Source: Phycisphaerales bacterium UBA6054 (GTDB lineage Bacteria; Planctomycetota; Phycisphaerae; Phycisphaerales; UBA1924). Taken from it: a DNA stretch of 64,000 nucleotides. Position numbers and translations under genes: made by a program. Location: NCBI GenBank assembly GCA_002429045.1, contig DIYM01000017.1:5580-69579 (forward strand), in the 5' to 3' direction. The notes beneath the pieces are model-generated. The model searched no databases. It had not been told where the DNA came from and saw only the letters and a list, made by a program, of their open reading frames with translations. Positions 17,752 through 26,772 of the stretch are shown here, piece by piece. Position 1 is the stretch's first letter, and each line of letters opens with the position of its first letter.

Positions 17752-19650
17752 TCACTCCCGGCTCGGCATCGGGAACGCCACAGGCGAGCGGTAGCCGTCC
17801 CGATCGTACGACCGGACCCCGAAGATCCAGTTGTCCTTGCTCAGGTCGACCGTGCCCTCGGTGGTGTCGCCCACATCCCGCGACTCCTGCCACACCGGGC
17901 TGGTCGTCGCGCGCCACACGATCTCGTACCCCGCCACGTCGGGCTCCGGGCTCGCCTCCCACCGCAGGGTCGTATCCGTGTCCAGGTCCGCCACGATGAT
18001 CCGGGCGTTCGCGGGCACCGAAGGGGCGTTGGCGATATGGGCCAGCGTGACCGCGTTGAGCCGCGTCACATCCGCGAGATACTCGGCGTCCACGAACTCG
18101 GGCAGGTCGCCGTACCGGATCCCGCCCTCCGTCCTGACGTCCTGATGCTGCTGGGTGTAGTCCTCATGCACCTCGCAGAAGCGGACCCCCGCGAACCCGA
18201 GCTCATTGAAAGGCGTGTGATCCCCGCCCCGCAGGAACCGGTCCGGGCGGAAGACGAGCATCGCCCGGACCGGGGCGCGGTGGAGCTCGCCGATCTCGTA
18301 GACGTACCTCGCCAGCTGCCGCGAGACACCATCCGATTCGGATCCCAGCATTCTCGTCTGGCGCACGAACGTCGCCAGCCGCTGCGGGTCCTGCGCCAGC
18401 GCCTCGAGCGGCAACCCCTCCGACAGCACCCGCACCCTGTCGCGCGCCTCGCGTCCGTCCGCGCCCAGCGGGTTCCCGATCGTGTCGTTGTTGAGAACGC
18501 CCCGGATGTCCGCTCCGGCTTCTTTCGCGGCCCGGGCGTGGTAGCGGGCGCCGTAGAGCCCCTGCTCTTCTCCGCTCGTCGCCATCAGCACCACCGTCGA
18601 GTCCAACCGCTCATCGCTCAGCACGCGGGCCAGCTCGATCAACGCCGCGACGCCCGACGCATCGTCGTTGGCGCCCGGCGCGTCGGACACGGCGTCCGTC
18701 GGGTCGGACGCCCGCGAATCCAGGTGCGCCAGCACGTAGTACAGCCGCCCCCTCGACGCGGGGTCGGCGCCCGGGATCGTGCAGACCACGTTGACGACCT
18801 CGGTGTCCTCGAGGATCCGCCGTCCGTCCGCGGGCACCGTGTGCGTGTCGAACGCGACACGGGCAGCGAGTTCGCCGCTCCTGCCGGAACCAGAGACCGC
18901 CCGCTCGAACGCCGACTTCACCCACCGGCGCGCAGCCCCGATACCCCGGACATCCGAACCCGTCTCCGACGCGGTGTGACGCGTGCCGAACCCGGCCAGG
19001 GCGTCCACATGGGCCCGCAGGTTCGCCGGCTGCACCGCCGCCAACACACGGTCGGGCACCTCGAGCATGATCCGCTTCGCGATCGTTTCCATCCCGCCTC
19101 CCAAACCGACGCTGCGCCCGCGGGCGACCGCCGACCGATCGTCCAACCCCTGATTCACCGCGAGATGCGCCGCCCACATCCCGCTCGCACGCCCTCCCGA
19201 CTTGCAGTGCAGCAGCACCGGAGAGCCGTCATCGACGCCGAGCGCCGAACCGAACGCCCGCACCCTCCCCAGATCCAGCTGGCTCCCGCCCATCGGCATC
19301 CAGACGTACCGCAGCCCCAACTCGTCCACCAACGCGGCCTCATCGAAGCCCAGCCCCTCCACCTCGCCCGCTGTCCGGAGGTTGATCACCGTTCTCCCCC
19401 CGTCCTGCGCGAACGCCTCGAGTTGCTCCCGCGTCGGCTGCCCCATCACGATGACCCGCCCGTCCCGGGGCTCGGCCGCCAGAGACAGACGGGCCTGAAC
19501 GACCGGCGGATCCTGACGCACCACCGGCGTCGGATCGGACCTCTCGGGGCGCGGCTTGAGCTGCGGCGATCGGCAACCCGCCCCAACGCCGAGCACGCCG
19601 ACGATCGACACCGCGCACAATCCCAACGACCAACGCTCCGGGTTCTTCAT
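17752..19650 (-). CDS. lipoprotein: DUF442/tyrosine-phosphatase-like domain fused to an M28 aminopeptidase and a C-terminal Fn3-like domain
   Basis: Lipobox-like N-terminus (…GVLGVGAGC). VINLRT…LLHCKSGGRASG has a HCxxGxR phosphatase-like P-loop. M28 metal-ligand context is present (LAHLDS…GANDDASGVAALIELARV). The tail is beta-rich (…LRWEASPEPDVAGYEIVWR…). Confidence 0.7.
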   Translation of the reverse strand: MKNPERWSLGLCAVSIVGVLGVGAGCRSPQLKPRPERSDPTPVVRQDPPVVQARLSLAAEPRDGRVIVMGQPTREQLEAFAQDGGRTVINLRTAGEVEGLGFDEAALVDELGLRYVWMPMGGSQLDLGRVRAFGSALGVDDGSPVLLHCKSGGRASGMWAAHLAVNQGLDDRSAVARGRSVGLGGGMETIAKRIMLEVPDRVLAAVQPANLRAHVDALAGFGTRHTASETGSDVRGIGAARRWVKSAFERAVSGSGRSGELAARVAFDTHTVPADGRRILEDTEVVNVVCTIPGADPASRGRLYYVLAHLDSRASDPTDAVSDAPGANDDASGVAALIELARVLSDERLDSTVVLMATSGEEQGLYGARYHARAAKEAGADIRGVLNNDTIGNPLGADGREARDRVRVLSEGLPLEALAQDPQRLATFVRQTRMLGSESDGVSRQLARYVYEIGELHRAPVRAMLVFRPDRFLRGGDHTPFNELGFAGVRFCEVHEDYTQQHQDVRTEGGIRYGDLPEFVDAEYLADVTRLNAVTLAHIANAPSVPANARIIVADLDTDTTLRWEASPEPDVAGYEIVWRATTSPVWQESRDVGDTTEGTVDLSKDNWIFGVRSYDRDGYRSPVAFPMPSRE

Positions 19651-19699
19651 GCCCCGAGTCTATCGCCGAGCCGCCCCCGCGTTCCGCATAGAATGCCCC

Positions 19700-20587
19700 A
19701 TGAGCACGCCCCACCCCGGACGCATCCTCCGCCAGCACATGTCAGAGGGGTGCGTCGCCGCACCGGGCGCGTTCAACGCCCTGGTCGGCATGGCCGTGCG
19801 CGACGCCGGGTTCCAAGCCGCCTACGTCTCGGGCGGCGCGACCTCCGTGGCCGCGGGCGTGCCCGACGTCGGGCTGCTCACGCTCGACCACTTCGCCGGC
19901 GTCGTCCGCGAGGTCTGCCGGGGCTCGGGCCTGCCCGTGCTCGCGGACGCCGACACCGGGTTCGGGGAAGAAGAGATGACCCGGCGCACCGTCATCGAGT
20001 ACCACCACGCCGGTGCCGCCGGGCTCCACCTCGAGGACCAGGTCTTCCCCAAACGCTGCGGCCACCTCGACGGCAAAGCCCTCATCCCCGCCGACCAGGC
20101 CGCGAGCAAGATCGCCTGGGCCGCCAAGGCCGCCCGCGACTGCTCGGACGGGGACTTCATCATCTGCGCCCGGACCGACGCCAAGGGCGTCGAGGGCTTC
20201 GACGCCGCGGTCGAGCGGGCGAAGATCTACGTCCAGTCCGGCGCGAGCATGATCTTCCCCGAGGGCCTGACCACCGAGCAGGAGTTCGCCGACTTCGCCA
20301 ATGCCATGGACACGCTGGGCGACCGACGCCCGTTCATGCTCGCCAACATGACCGAGTTCGGCAAAACCCCGATGATCCCGCTCGGCCGCTTCGAGGAGAT
20401 GGGCTACAACATCGTGATCTACCCGGTCAGCACCCTGCGCCTGGCGATGGGCGCGATCACGACCGCGCTGGCCGACCTCAAAGCAACCGGCACGCTCGAA
20501 GCCCAACTCGGCGCGATGCAGACCCGCGACGAACTCTACCGCATGGTCGGCTACACGCCCGGCACGCCGTGGGAGTTCCCGGTGTGA
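19700..20587 (+). CDS. prpB: methylisocitrate lyase (isocitrate lyase/PEP mutase superfamily)
   Basis: Start at the internal ATG 19700. GAFNAL…, DADTGFG and GLHLEDQVFPKRCGHLDGK (KRCGH active-site loop) are present. Confidence 0.85.
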   Translation: MSTPHPGRILRQHMSEGCVAAPGAFNALVGMAVRDAGFQAAYVSGGATSVAAGVPDVGLLTLDHFAGVVREVCRGSGLPVLADADTGFGEEEMTRRTVIEYHHAGAAGLHLEDQVFPKRCGHLDGKALIPADQAASKIAWAAKAARDCSDGDFIICARTDAKGVEGFDAAVERAKIYVQSGASMIFPEGLTTEQEFADFANAMDTLGDRRPFMLANMTEFGKTPMIPLGRFEEMGYNIVIYPVSTLRLAMGAITTALADLKATGTLEAQLGAMQTRDELYRMVGYTPGTPWEFPV

Positions 20588-21351
20588 GGACACTGCGAAC
20601 GGTTTTCGCATGGGCGTTGCTCGGCTTCCTGACAAACACGCTGGTTGTCATCTTCCTGTCATGGATTTCGTTTAGTTCTTATGAGAACGAACGGTTTATT
20701 GATGGCCGGGACGTCAGGCACCTGACAAGTGATTTTTCAGCAAGCGTTCCTGCAAGATCGATCGACTCACTCGGATACCGCAGACGTGGCTGGTACTACA
20801 ACCCCGGTTTTTCTGTGAGCATGTCACCCGGGCTGCCATTCAACTACTTTTTACATCCGAATCGCGGCAGGCTCGACTTTCCGTTTCGCAACGGCCCGTT
20901 CTTCGCCTGGGCTATCGGCGGCGACCGTGCTTGGGGACGCCTCTACAACGAACCGCTGACTTCACTAGAAGAAGTACGTCGTTTCAGCGGATTCGAGTGC
21001 GCCGCTGGCTTTCCGGCGCTTTCTGCCTGGCACGGACTCAACGTCAAGCGGGACGACACCGCGACAACGCCGGGAGGTATCAGACTGCCAGATCCGACGG
21101 GTATGGTGAATGCTGCCTACGAAGTCCGCGCCATCCCCTACCGCCCCATCTGGCCCGGCCTCATCTTCAACACCATCTTCTATGCCCTGCTCGCCTTTGT
21201 CACACACCGTCTCCTCCGCACCATCCGCGAGCACCGCCGCTTCACCAAGGGCCGCTGCCCGACGTGCAGATACGACCTCAACGCCAACTTCGCACCCGGC
21301 TGCCCCGAATGCGGCTGGCGCCGCGAGGCGACCCAGCCCGCCCCTCCCTAG
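20584..21351 (+). CDS. hypothetical membrane protein with C-terminal Zn-ribbon
   Basis: Only the last 255 codons of the 1104-aa track ORF look real. The GTG overlaps the prpB stop (GTGA). TM helices lie at both ends. The C-terminus is GRCPTCRYDLNANFAPGCPECGW (CxxC…CxxC). The N-terminal coding region is very GC-poor (about 47% in a 120-nt hand count). Confidence 0.55.
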   Translation: MRTLRTVFAWALLGFLTNTLVVIFLSWISFSSYENERFIDGRDVRHLTSDFSASVPARSIDSLGYRRRGWYYNPGFSVSMSPGLPFNYFLHPNRGRLDFPFRNGPFFAWAIGGDRAWGRLYNEPLTSLEEVRRFSGFECAAGFPALSAWHGLNVKRDDTATTPGGIRLPDPTGMVNAAYEVRAIPYRPIWPGLIFNTIFYALLAFVTHRLLRTIREHRRFTKGRCPTCRYDLNANFAPGCPECGWRREATQPAPP

Positions 21352-21508
21352 CCACGCCCCCGCCGAGATCGATGGCTCCGAATCCCGATCTCCCGCGACC
21401 ATCAGCGCCCCGGCGTGAACACCTAGCCGGCCAATCCGCCCACGAAGACCCGGGCAGACGCGCCAGCGCCCGCCCGGGTGTGAGGATCACCGTCTCAACT
21501 CGCACCGC

Positions 21509-22255
21509 TCACGGGCAGTAGTCGATCGCGACGCCCTCGAACCGGTTGAACACCTTGAACGGCTGGCCGAACGGCTGGTTCGAGGTGCGGTCGACCACCC
21601 AGGTCCCGTCCATCGTGAAGTTGAGTTCGTCGCGGACGTTGCTCGTGCCCAGCAGCTCGAAGCCCCGGAACGATCCCTCGAACCCGACTAGCCAGTCGTT
21701 GCCCTGCACCTGAACGTCGTAGCACTTCTCGCAGGCATCGCCGGCGATATCGCAGCGAGACTCACGGTTGGTCCCAGCCCCGATCGTGCCGTGGGCCTCC
21801 CCGCCATACACCGCCCCCCCGACGGTGACGTACTCCCATTCGCCGACCCAGGACCCGCGGAACGGGCAGCACGAATCCGCCCTCAGGATGTAGTTGAACT
21901 TGAGCGTCAGCCGGCCGTCGCGGAACTCGTCGCAACGCCCGAAGCATCCGGCGCCGAGCCCCCCGCACACCAACCCGCTCGAACGCATGTCCGTCACATA
22001 GACCGCGCTGGTGACGCGGATCGTCTTGCAGTCGATGGTGTTGCATCCGAGCCGCTCGTACCGCCCGGGCTCGACGAGCCCCTCGCAGCCGTCCTTGCTG
22101 AAGCTGGTCACACACGCCCCGGTGGGCGCCACGCTCTCCGTGCCCGCGCCCTCCGCGGCGTTGTACGCCATCACGCCCGCGGCACCGAAGAGGCCCCAAG
22201 CCGACGCCGCCGAACCGAAACCACACACCGCCAGTGTTGCCATCAAACGTTTCAT
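21509..22255 (-). CDS. secreted cysteine-rich hypothetical protein
   Basis: Signal peptide (MKRLMATLAVCGFGSAASA). At least 16 Cys in 248 aa, including CC and CxxC (CEKC) arrangements. No family recognised. Confidence 0.55.
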   Translation of the reverse strand: MKRLMATLAVCGFGSAASAWGLFGAAGVMAYNAAEGAGTESVAPTGACVTSFSKDGCEGLVEPGRYERLGCNTIDCKTIRVTSAVYVTDMRSSGLVCGGLGAGCFGRCDEFRDGRLTLKFNYILRADSCCPFRGSWVGEWEYVTVGGAVYGGEAHGTIGAGTNRESRCDIAGDACEKCYDVQVQGNDWLVGFEGSFRGFELLGTSNVRDELNFTMDGTWVVDRTSNQPFGQPFKVFNRFEGVAIDYCP

Positions 22256-22436
22256 CGATCATTCTCCTACAAGCACAAACAGATAACCAGCCGACGCACA
22301 CGCGCCGGCCCTACGAGTCAGATTTGAGTGCATTCCCTACGAGTCGCGCCCGAACCGTCCGGGCCAGTCAAAACCTAAGTGATTTCAGGTAAAAGACAAT
22401 ACCCGCTTCGAGTGGTTTAGAGATAATTATATCGAT

Positions 22437-22465
22437 GTTATAGAATCCGGCATCGCGTTATAGAA
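22437..22465. promoter_or_regulatory. direct repeat GTTATAGAA x2 (20-bp spacing) in an AT-rich island; candidate operator/promoter
   Basis: GTTATAGAA occurs at 22437-22445 and 22457-22465. Both sit inside the only AT-rich stretch (about 22380-22470) of a 716-bp intergenic region between divergent genes. Confidence 0.35.
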
Positions 22466-22971
22466 CATGAACTGCCCACGGCCGCAGACGCCCGCGCGCC
22501 GCGAACCCTCGAGCCACAAACAGTTCTGACGAGCGACGCCCATCTTGAAGCACAAAACCACACAGAACCGCCGATCCGCGGGCACCTGCACCCACCGCTG
22601 TGGCGGCCCACGCCGCGAGCCCGCCCGCACAATCCGAAGCGCCCCGCGACGGTCATCGCGAACGCCCAACCGATCGCCCCGTGCTCAACACGGGATCGGG
22701 CGTCACAACAGCATCCGGCAGCCCGCCGGCGTCAAGAGCGCGGCGAGCCCTGCAAACAGAGAGCGGGTTTCGCTATTCATTCGGCGAGTTCTTCGGACAA
22801 GACAAAGACCGACGCGGCGCGGGCAGCAAGAGCATGTCGAGCGCGAGTCGAGAGCCAAATCGCCCGCCTTTTCGCCCCTCTCGGGCCTCTCCCCCGACCA
22901 CGCCGCTCCCCTACCATACCGGCACCTGACCGAACCACATCCAAGGCGCCGCCGCCGAGAGGGATCCAGCC

Positions 22972-24132
22972 ATGTCCACCACCGCTCCAGCCCCCGCCAC
23001 CAAGGGCCTCGAAGGCGTCATCGCCGGCGAGACCGAGATCTGCAACGTCGAGCAGTCCGCCCTGATCTACCGCGGCTACGAGATCGCCGACCTCGCCGCG
23101 AACGCCACCTTCGAGGAAGTCGCCTTCCTGCTCCTGGAAGGCCACAAGCCCTCACCCGAAGAACTGAAGCGCTTCACCGCCGAACTCGTCGACGCCCGCG
23201 ACATCCCCGAGGAAGCCAAGTCTTTCCTCACGCACTCGGCCAACCTCGTCAAGAACCACTCGGGCGTCCCGATGGACCTGCTCCGCACGGCCGTCTCGAT
23301 CTGCGGCCACCTCGACCCCGATTGCCAGGACAACTCGGCCGACGCGAACCTTCGCAAAGCCAAACGCATTCTCGCCCAGGTCCCGACCATCATCGGGCAC
23401 ATGCAGAACAACATCGACGGCCGAGACTTCGTCGCCCACGACCCGGATCTCTCGCACGCCGGGAACCTCCTCTGGATGATGACCGGTGAGAAACCGACCG
23501 CCGAAGCCGAGAAGGTCATGGACGTCTCGCTGATCCTGTACGCCGAGCACGACTACAACGCGTCCACGTTCACGAGCCGAGTCATCGCCGGCACGCTGGC
23601 CGATATGCACGGCGCCATGACGGGCGCCATCGCCGCTCTCAAGGGCCCGCTCCACGGCGGAGCCAACGAAGCCGCGATGGACATGCTCAGCGAGATCCGC
23701 AACGACATCGGCCCCGACAACGACACAGGAAAGATCACCGACTGGATGCACAAGGCGTTCGAAGAGAAACGCAAGCTGATGGGCTTCGGGCACCGCGTCT
23801 ACAAAAGCGGGGACCACCGCGCTCCCATCTTGCACGGCCTGGGACGCAAGGCCGCCGAAGCCCGCGGGCCCGAGTTCGTCAGGCTGTTCGAACTCGGCGA
23901 AACGGTCCAGAACATCATGGAAACCGACAAGAAGATCTACCCCAACGTCGACTTCCCCTGCGGCATGACATACTTCACGATGGGCATCCCCGTGCCCCAG
24001 TACACGCCGATCTTCGTCGCGTCCCGCGTGTCCGGCTGGGCCGCCCACATCATGGAGCAGCACGCCAACAACCGCCTGATCCGTCCCCGTGCGGCCTACA
24101 GCGGCCCCGAAACCCGCAAGTGGAACGGCTGA
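22972..24132 (+). CDS. prpC: citrate synthase family protein; 2-methylcitrate synthase candidate by context
   Basis: 386 aa, short-type citrate synthase. GFGHRVYKSGDHRA and PNVDF… motifs are present. Sequence alone cannot separate GltA from PrpC; prpB and prpD are nearby. Confidence 0.6.
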   Translation: MSTTAPAPATKGLEGVIAGETEICNVEQSALIYRGYEIADLAANATFEEVAFLLLEGHKPSPEELKRFTAELVDARDIPEEAKSFLTHSANLVKNHSGVPMDLLRTAVSICGHLDPDCQDNSADANLRKAKRILAQVPTIIGHMQNNIDGRDFVAHDPDLSHAGNLLWMMTGEKPTAEAEKVMDVSLILYAEHDYNASTFTSRVIAGTLADMHGAMTGAIAALKGPLHGGANEAAMDMLSEIRNDIGPDNDTGKITDWMHKAFEEKRKLMGFGHRVYKSGDHRAPILHGLGRKAAEARGPEFVRLFELGETVQNIMETDKKIYPNVDFPCGMTYFTMGIPVPQYTPIFVASRVSGWAAHIMEQHANNRLIRPRAAYSGPETRKWNG

Positions 24133-24151
24133 CCAGGAATCCCAACAACCA

Positions 24152-24889
24152 ATGGCTCTCCAATGCCTACTCAACCGGGATAGGCTTTTTCGTGCGCGGG
24201 TGACGCGCCGCAAGGGGCTCGACGTGACTCAGACATCCGACGACCACACCGATAGGCCGCGCGACAACAACGATGCGGAACCCGGCGCGACGCGGCGGGA
24301 ACACGACGCCGACCAGCCGTCAGGCCGGGCTTCAGAATCCGACCAGAATCGGGAACACGCTGCGCAAGGGAGCGGAGAACGCACACGGGGCATCGATAAG
24401 GCCCAAGCCGCAGGATACCCGCCCGACAACGGGCCAGAAACCCGAGTCATCAAAGTACGCCGCTGCTGGTTCCGGAGCCGAACCGGCCGGTTCATCGTCA
24501 CGGTGGCGATCCTCCTCGCCTGCGTCACAGGCTTGATCTGGGTTCCGGTTGCCGACAAATCCCGCTGGTGGCACCTGCTGTTCGCGCCGGGCGCCCTCAC
24601 CACCGCGGGACTCCTCTCATGGTGGTGGATCGATCGCTTCTCGGCCTCCCTCGTCATCACCACGAAGCGAACCACCATGCACCGCGGGTTCTTCCGCCGA
24701 TCGACCTCGGAAGTCGTCCACGACAACATCCGCAACATCCAGGTCGATCAGACGTTCTGGCAGCGGGTCTGGAAAGTCGGCAAAATCGGTATCTCCTCTT
24801 CGGGCCAGGACGGCGTGGAGGTCCAGGTCAACCACCTGCCAAACCCGGACACACTGCGGGAGATCATCGACCTCTACCGCCCGCTCTGA
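24152..24889 (+). CDS. membrane protein with bacterial PH (bPH_2/YdbT-like) domain
   Basis: Two TM helices (FIVTVAILLACVTGLIWV; LFAPGALTTAGLLSWWWI) are followed by LVITTKRTTMHRGFFRRSTSEVVHDNIRNIQVDQTFWQRVWKVGKIGISS, the typical bPH_2 pattern. The start is uncertain. Confidence 0.6.
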   Translation: MALQCLLNRDRLFRARVTRRKGLDVTQTSDDHTDRPRDNNDAEPGATRREHDADQPSGRASESDQNREHAAQGSGERTRGIDKAQAAGYPPDNGPETRVIKVRRCWFRSRTGRFIVTVAILLACVTGLIWVPVADKSRWWHLLFAPGALTTAGLLSWWWIDRFSASLVITTKRTTMHRGFFRRSTSEVVHDNIRNIQVDQTFWQRVWKVGKIGISSSGQDGVEVQVNHLPNPDTLREIIDLYRPL

Positions 24890-24984
24890 ATCCGCCCGGC
24901 CGGGCAGTTTCTCGGCTATCATGCGGTCCGGCGGACGGAATCGCCGACGGGTGCGCCAGCGTCACCCGCGAGGGAGGATCAACC

Positions 24985-25308
24985 ATGAACTGGCTCCACA
25001 AACTCCGCCTCCGAGCGTTCGGCGTGGTCGTCGCGTCGATCCTGGGAGCCCTCGCCGTGGTCGGCTGGCTTTCTGTGCCGGTCCTCCCGGCGCTCGGTGT
25101 CGCGATCGTCACAGCCGCCGCGGTCGTCAACACCATGGCCAACCGCCTCGCCATGCCCACCTGCGCCGGCTGCGGGACCGATCTCGCCAAGACCCCCGCG
25201 GGAACGCACGGCGTGATCTGCCACGAGTGCGGCACGATCAACCAACACTTCGACGAATCCCGACTCGCCCGCATCGCCGACAGACTCAACGACCGCCGCG
25301 ACGCCTGA
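24985..25308 (+). CDS. small membrane protein with CxxC…CxxC Zn-ribbon
   Basis: GAGGGAGGA upstream of the ATG. Two TM helices, then CAGCGTDL…CHECGT. Confidence 0.5.
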   Translation: MNWLHKLRLRAFGVVVASILGALAVVGWLSVPVLPALGVAIVTAAAVVNTMANRLAMPTCAGCGTDLAKTPAGTHGVICHECGTINQHFDESRLARIADRLNDRRDA

Positions 25309-25332
25309 AGCCCCGCTCACTCGGACTCCACG

Positions 25333-25364
25333 AAAAAACGCCCGGGACATCCCGGGCGTTTCTC
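25333..25364. terminator. bidirectional rho-independent terminator between convergent genes
   Basis: AAAAA-AACGCCCGGG-ACAT-CCCGGGCGTT-TCT: a perfect 10-bp GC-rich stem (25337-25346 / 25351-25360). An A-run lies on one side and a T-rich tail on the other. Confidence 0.7.
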
Positions 25365-25386
25365 GTATCGACACGAACGGCCCGAA

Positions 25387-26772
25387 TCAGGCCTCCTTCA
25401 TCCGCTCGTTGAAGTCGTCGGCCGAAACCTCCTCGATCTCCGCATCCGCCAGGATCGCGTCCAGCGTCTTGTGCTCACGCACCTGCTGGAACAGGTTCTG
25501 GATCTGACCGTTCTTGACCATCGCCTCCCGCACGGCCGCGGGCTGCTGGCCCTGCTCCATCGCGATCCGCATGATCTGGGCGTTCAGTTCGCCCTCGTCC
25601 ACCTGAACATCCAGCTGCTCGCCGGCCTTATTGAGCAGGAAGAAGTTCTTGAGCTCACGGACCGCCGCCTCGTTCGAGGACGAACGCAGCTCGGCCATGT
25701 TCTTCTCGACTTCCATCGCGTCCACGCCGCGGTACATCAACTCGAGACGACGACGCTCGAGCGTCCGAGCCGCCTGCTGGCTCGTCAGGCCCGCCGGCAG
25801 CTCGAAATCCGTGTTGTCAGAGAGGAACTTGAGCGCCTGCTGACGCATCACCGACTGCTGCTGCACCTCGGCACGCTGGCCCAAGCGCTGCGAGACCATC
25901 TCACGCAGTTGCTCTTCGCTCGCCAAACCGAACTTGGCGACGATGTCCGACACCGGCGCCGGGATGATCTTGTACACGTTCACGACCTTGAAGTCGACCG
26001 TGAGATCCTTGTTGCGGATCGCCTCGACCTCGTGGTTCTCCGGGCCCTGGACCTTCACCGTGACCTCGTCGTCCGCCTTCGGCGTGCCGAACTGCTTGCC
26101 GAAGTCCGAGACCATCACGCCCAGGATCATCCCAGAGCCGTCGCTGTCCGCCTCGGGGATCTGGACCACCGCGCCATCGATGTTGTAATGCTCCGTGCCA
26201 TCCTCGTCGGTCATCTTGGCGACACCCATGACGTAGTCGCCAGCCTCGGGCTCGTCGCGGTCCTCGAGCGTGCCCTCGTTGATGCAGATCTTGTTGACTT
26301 CCTCGTCGAGCAATCCGTCCGGGATGCTGGCGTCAGGCTTGAGCACCTTGACACCCTTCAACTCGGGCAACTCGAACTCGGGCATCACCTCGATCTCGAC
26401 CTCGAGGCTCATCGGCTTGCCGGCCTCGACCTCGACGCCCTCGAACGCAGAAGCCGGGGGCTGGCCCAGCACCTTGAGACCGTTGCTCTCGACCGCGTCC
26501 TGATAGGCCTGCGTGATCAGGCGGCTGCGCGCTTCGTCCGTCACCGCCCCCCCGAACCGCTTCTCGATCAGCCGGCGCGGCACACGACCCTTGCGGAACC
26601 CGGGCAACTGCGCCTCATGGATCACCGTCTCGAACGAATCCTGGATCGTGCCGTCGACCGTCTCGGCCGGGATCTCGATCTCGAGCCGCTTGCGGCACGG
26701 ACCCACATCCTCGATCTTCACCCTGTTGTCGGACTTGTTGTCGGACTTGTTGTCGGACTTGTTGTCGGACAT
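25387..26772 (-). CDS. tig: trigger factor
   Basis: Start at MSDNK… (26772). GFRKGRVPRRLIEKRFG is the trigger-factor ribosome-binding signature (GFRxGxxP). Central FKBP-like and C-terminal arm regions follow. Confidence 0.9.
   Translation of the reverse strand: MSDNKSDNKSDNKSDNRVKIEDVGPCRKRLEIEIPAETVDGTIQDSFETVIHEAQLPGFRKGRVPRRLIEKRFGGAVTDEARSRLITQAYQDAVESNGLKVLGQPPASAFEGVEVEAGKPMSLEVEIEVMPEFELPELKGVKVLKPDASIPDGLLDEEVNKICINEGTLEDRDEPEAGDYVMGVAKMTDEDGTEHYNIDGAVVQIPEADSDGSGMILGVMVSDFGKQFGTPKADDEVTVKVQGPENHEVEAIRNKDLTVDFKVVNVYKIIPAPVSDIVAKFGLASEEQLREMVSQRLGQRAEVQQQSVMRQQALKFLSDNTDFELPAGLTSQQAARTLERRRLELMYRGVDAMEVEKNMAELRSSSNEAAVRELKNFFLLNKAGEQLDVQVDEGELNAQIMRIAMEQGQQPAAVREAMVKNGQIQNLFQQVREHKTLDAILADAEIEEVSADDFNERMKEA
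26722..26769 (-). repeat. 12-nt tandem repeat (about 4 units) encoding (SDNK)3-SDN at the tig N-terminus
   Basis: Minus strand reads TCCGACAACAAG three times, then TCCGACAAC, directly after the ATG. Confidence 0.9.

Noticed and set aside
18037-21351. 1104-aa ORF, the longest + strand ORF in this part of the track
   Set aside because: Most of it is Arg/Pro/His-rich low-complexity sequence. It runs antisense to the well-supported M28 peptidase and out of frame through prpB, a typical high-GC shadow ORF. Only the last 255 codons (20584-21351) look like a real protein.
22545-23489. 314-aa and 109-aa ORFs in the long leader upstream of, and overlapping, the citrate-synthase-family gene
   Set aside because: They are Arg/Pro/Ser-rich and out of frame with the convincing synthase ORF, and I saw no ribosome-binding site. 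They are treated as non-coding.
26718-26772. Short tandem repeat considered as a CRISPR-like or minisatellite array
   Set aside because: The units are 12 nt with no spacers, and they lie in frame at the start of tig. It is a coding microsatellite, not a CRISPR array.
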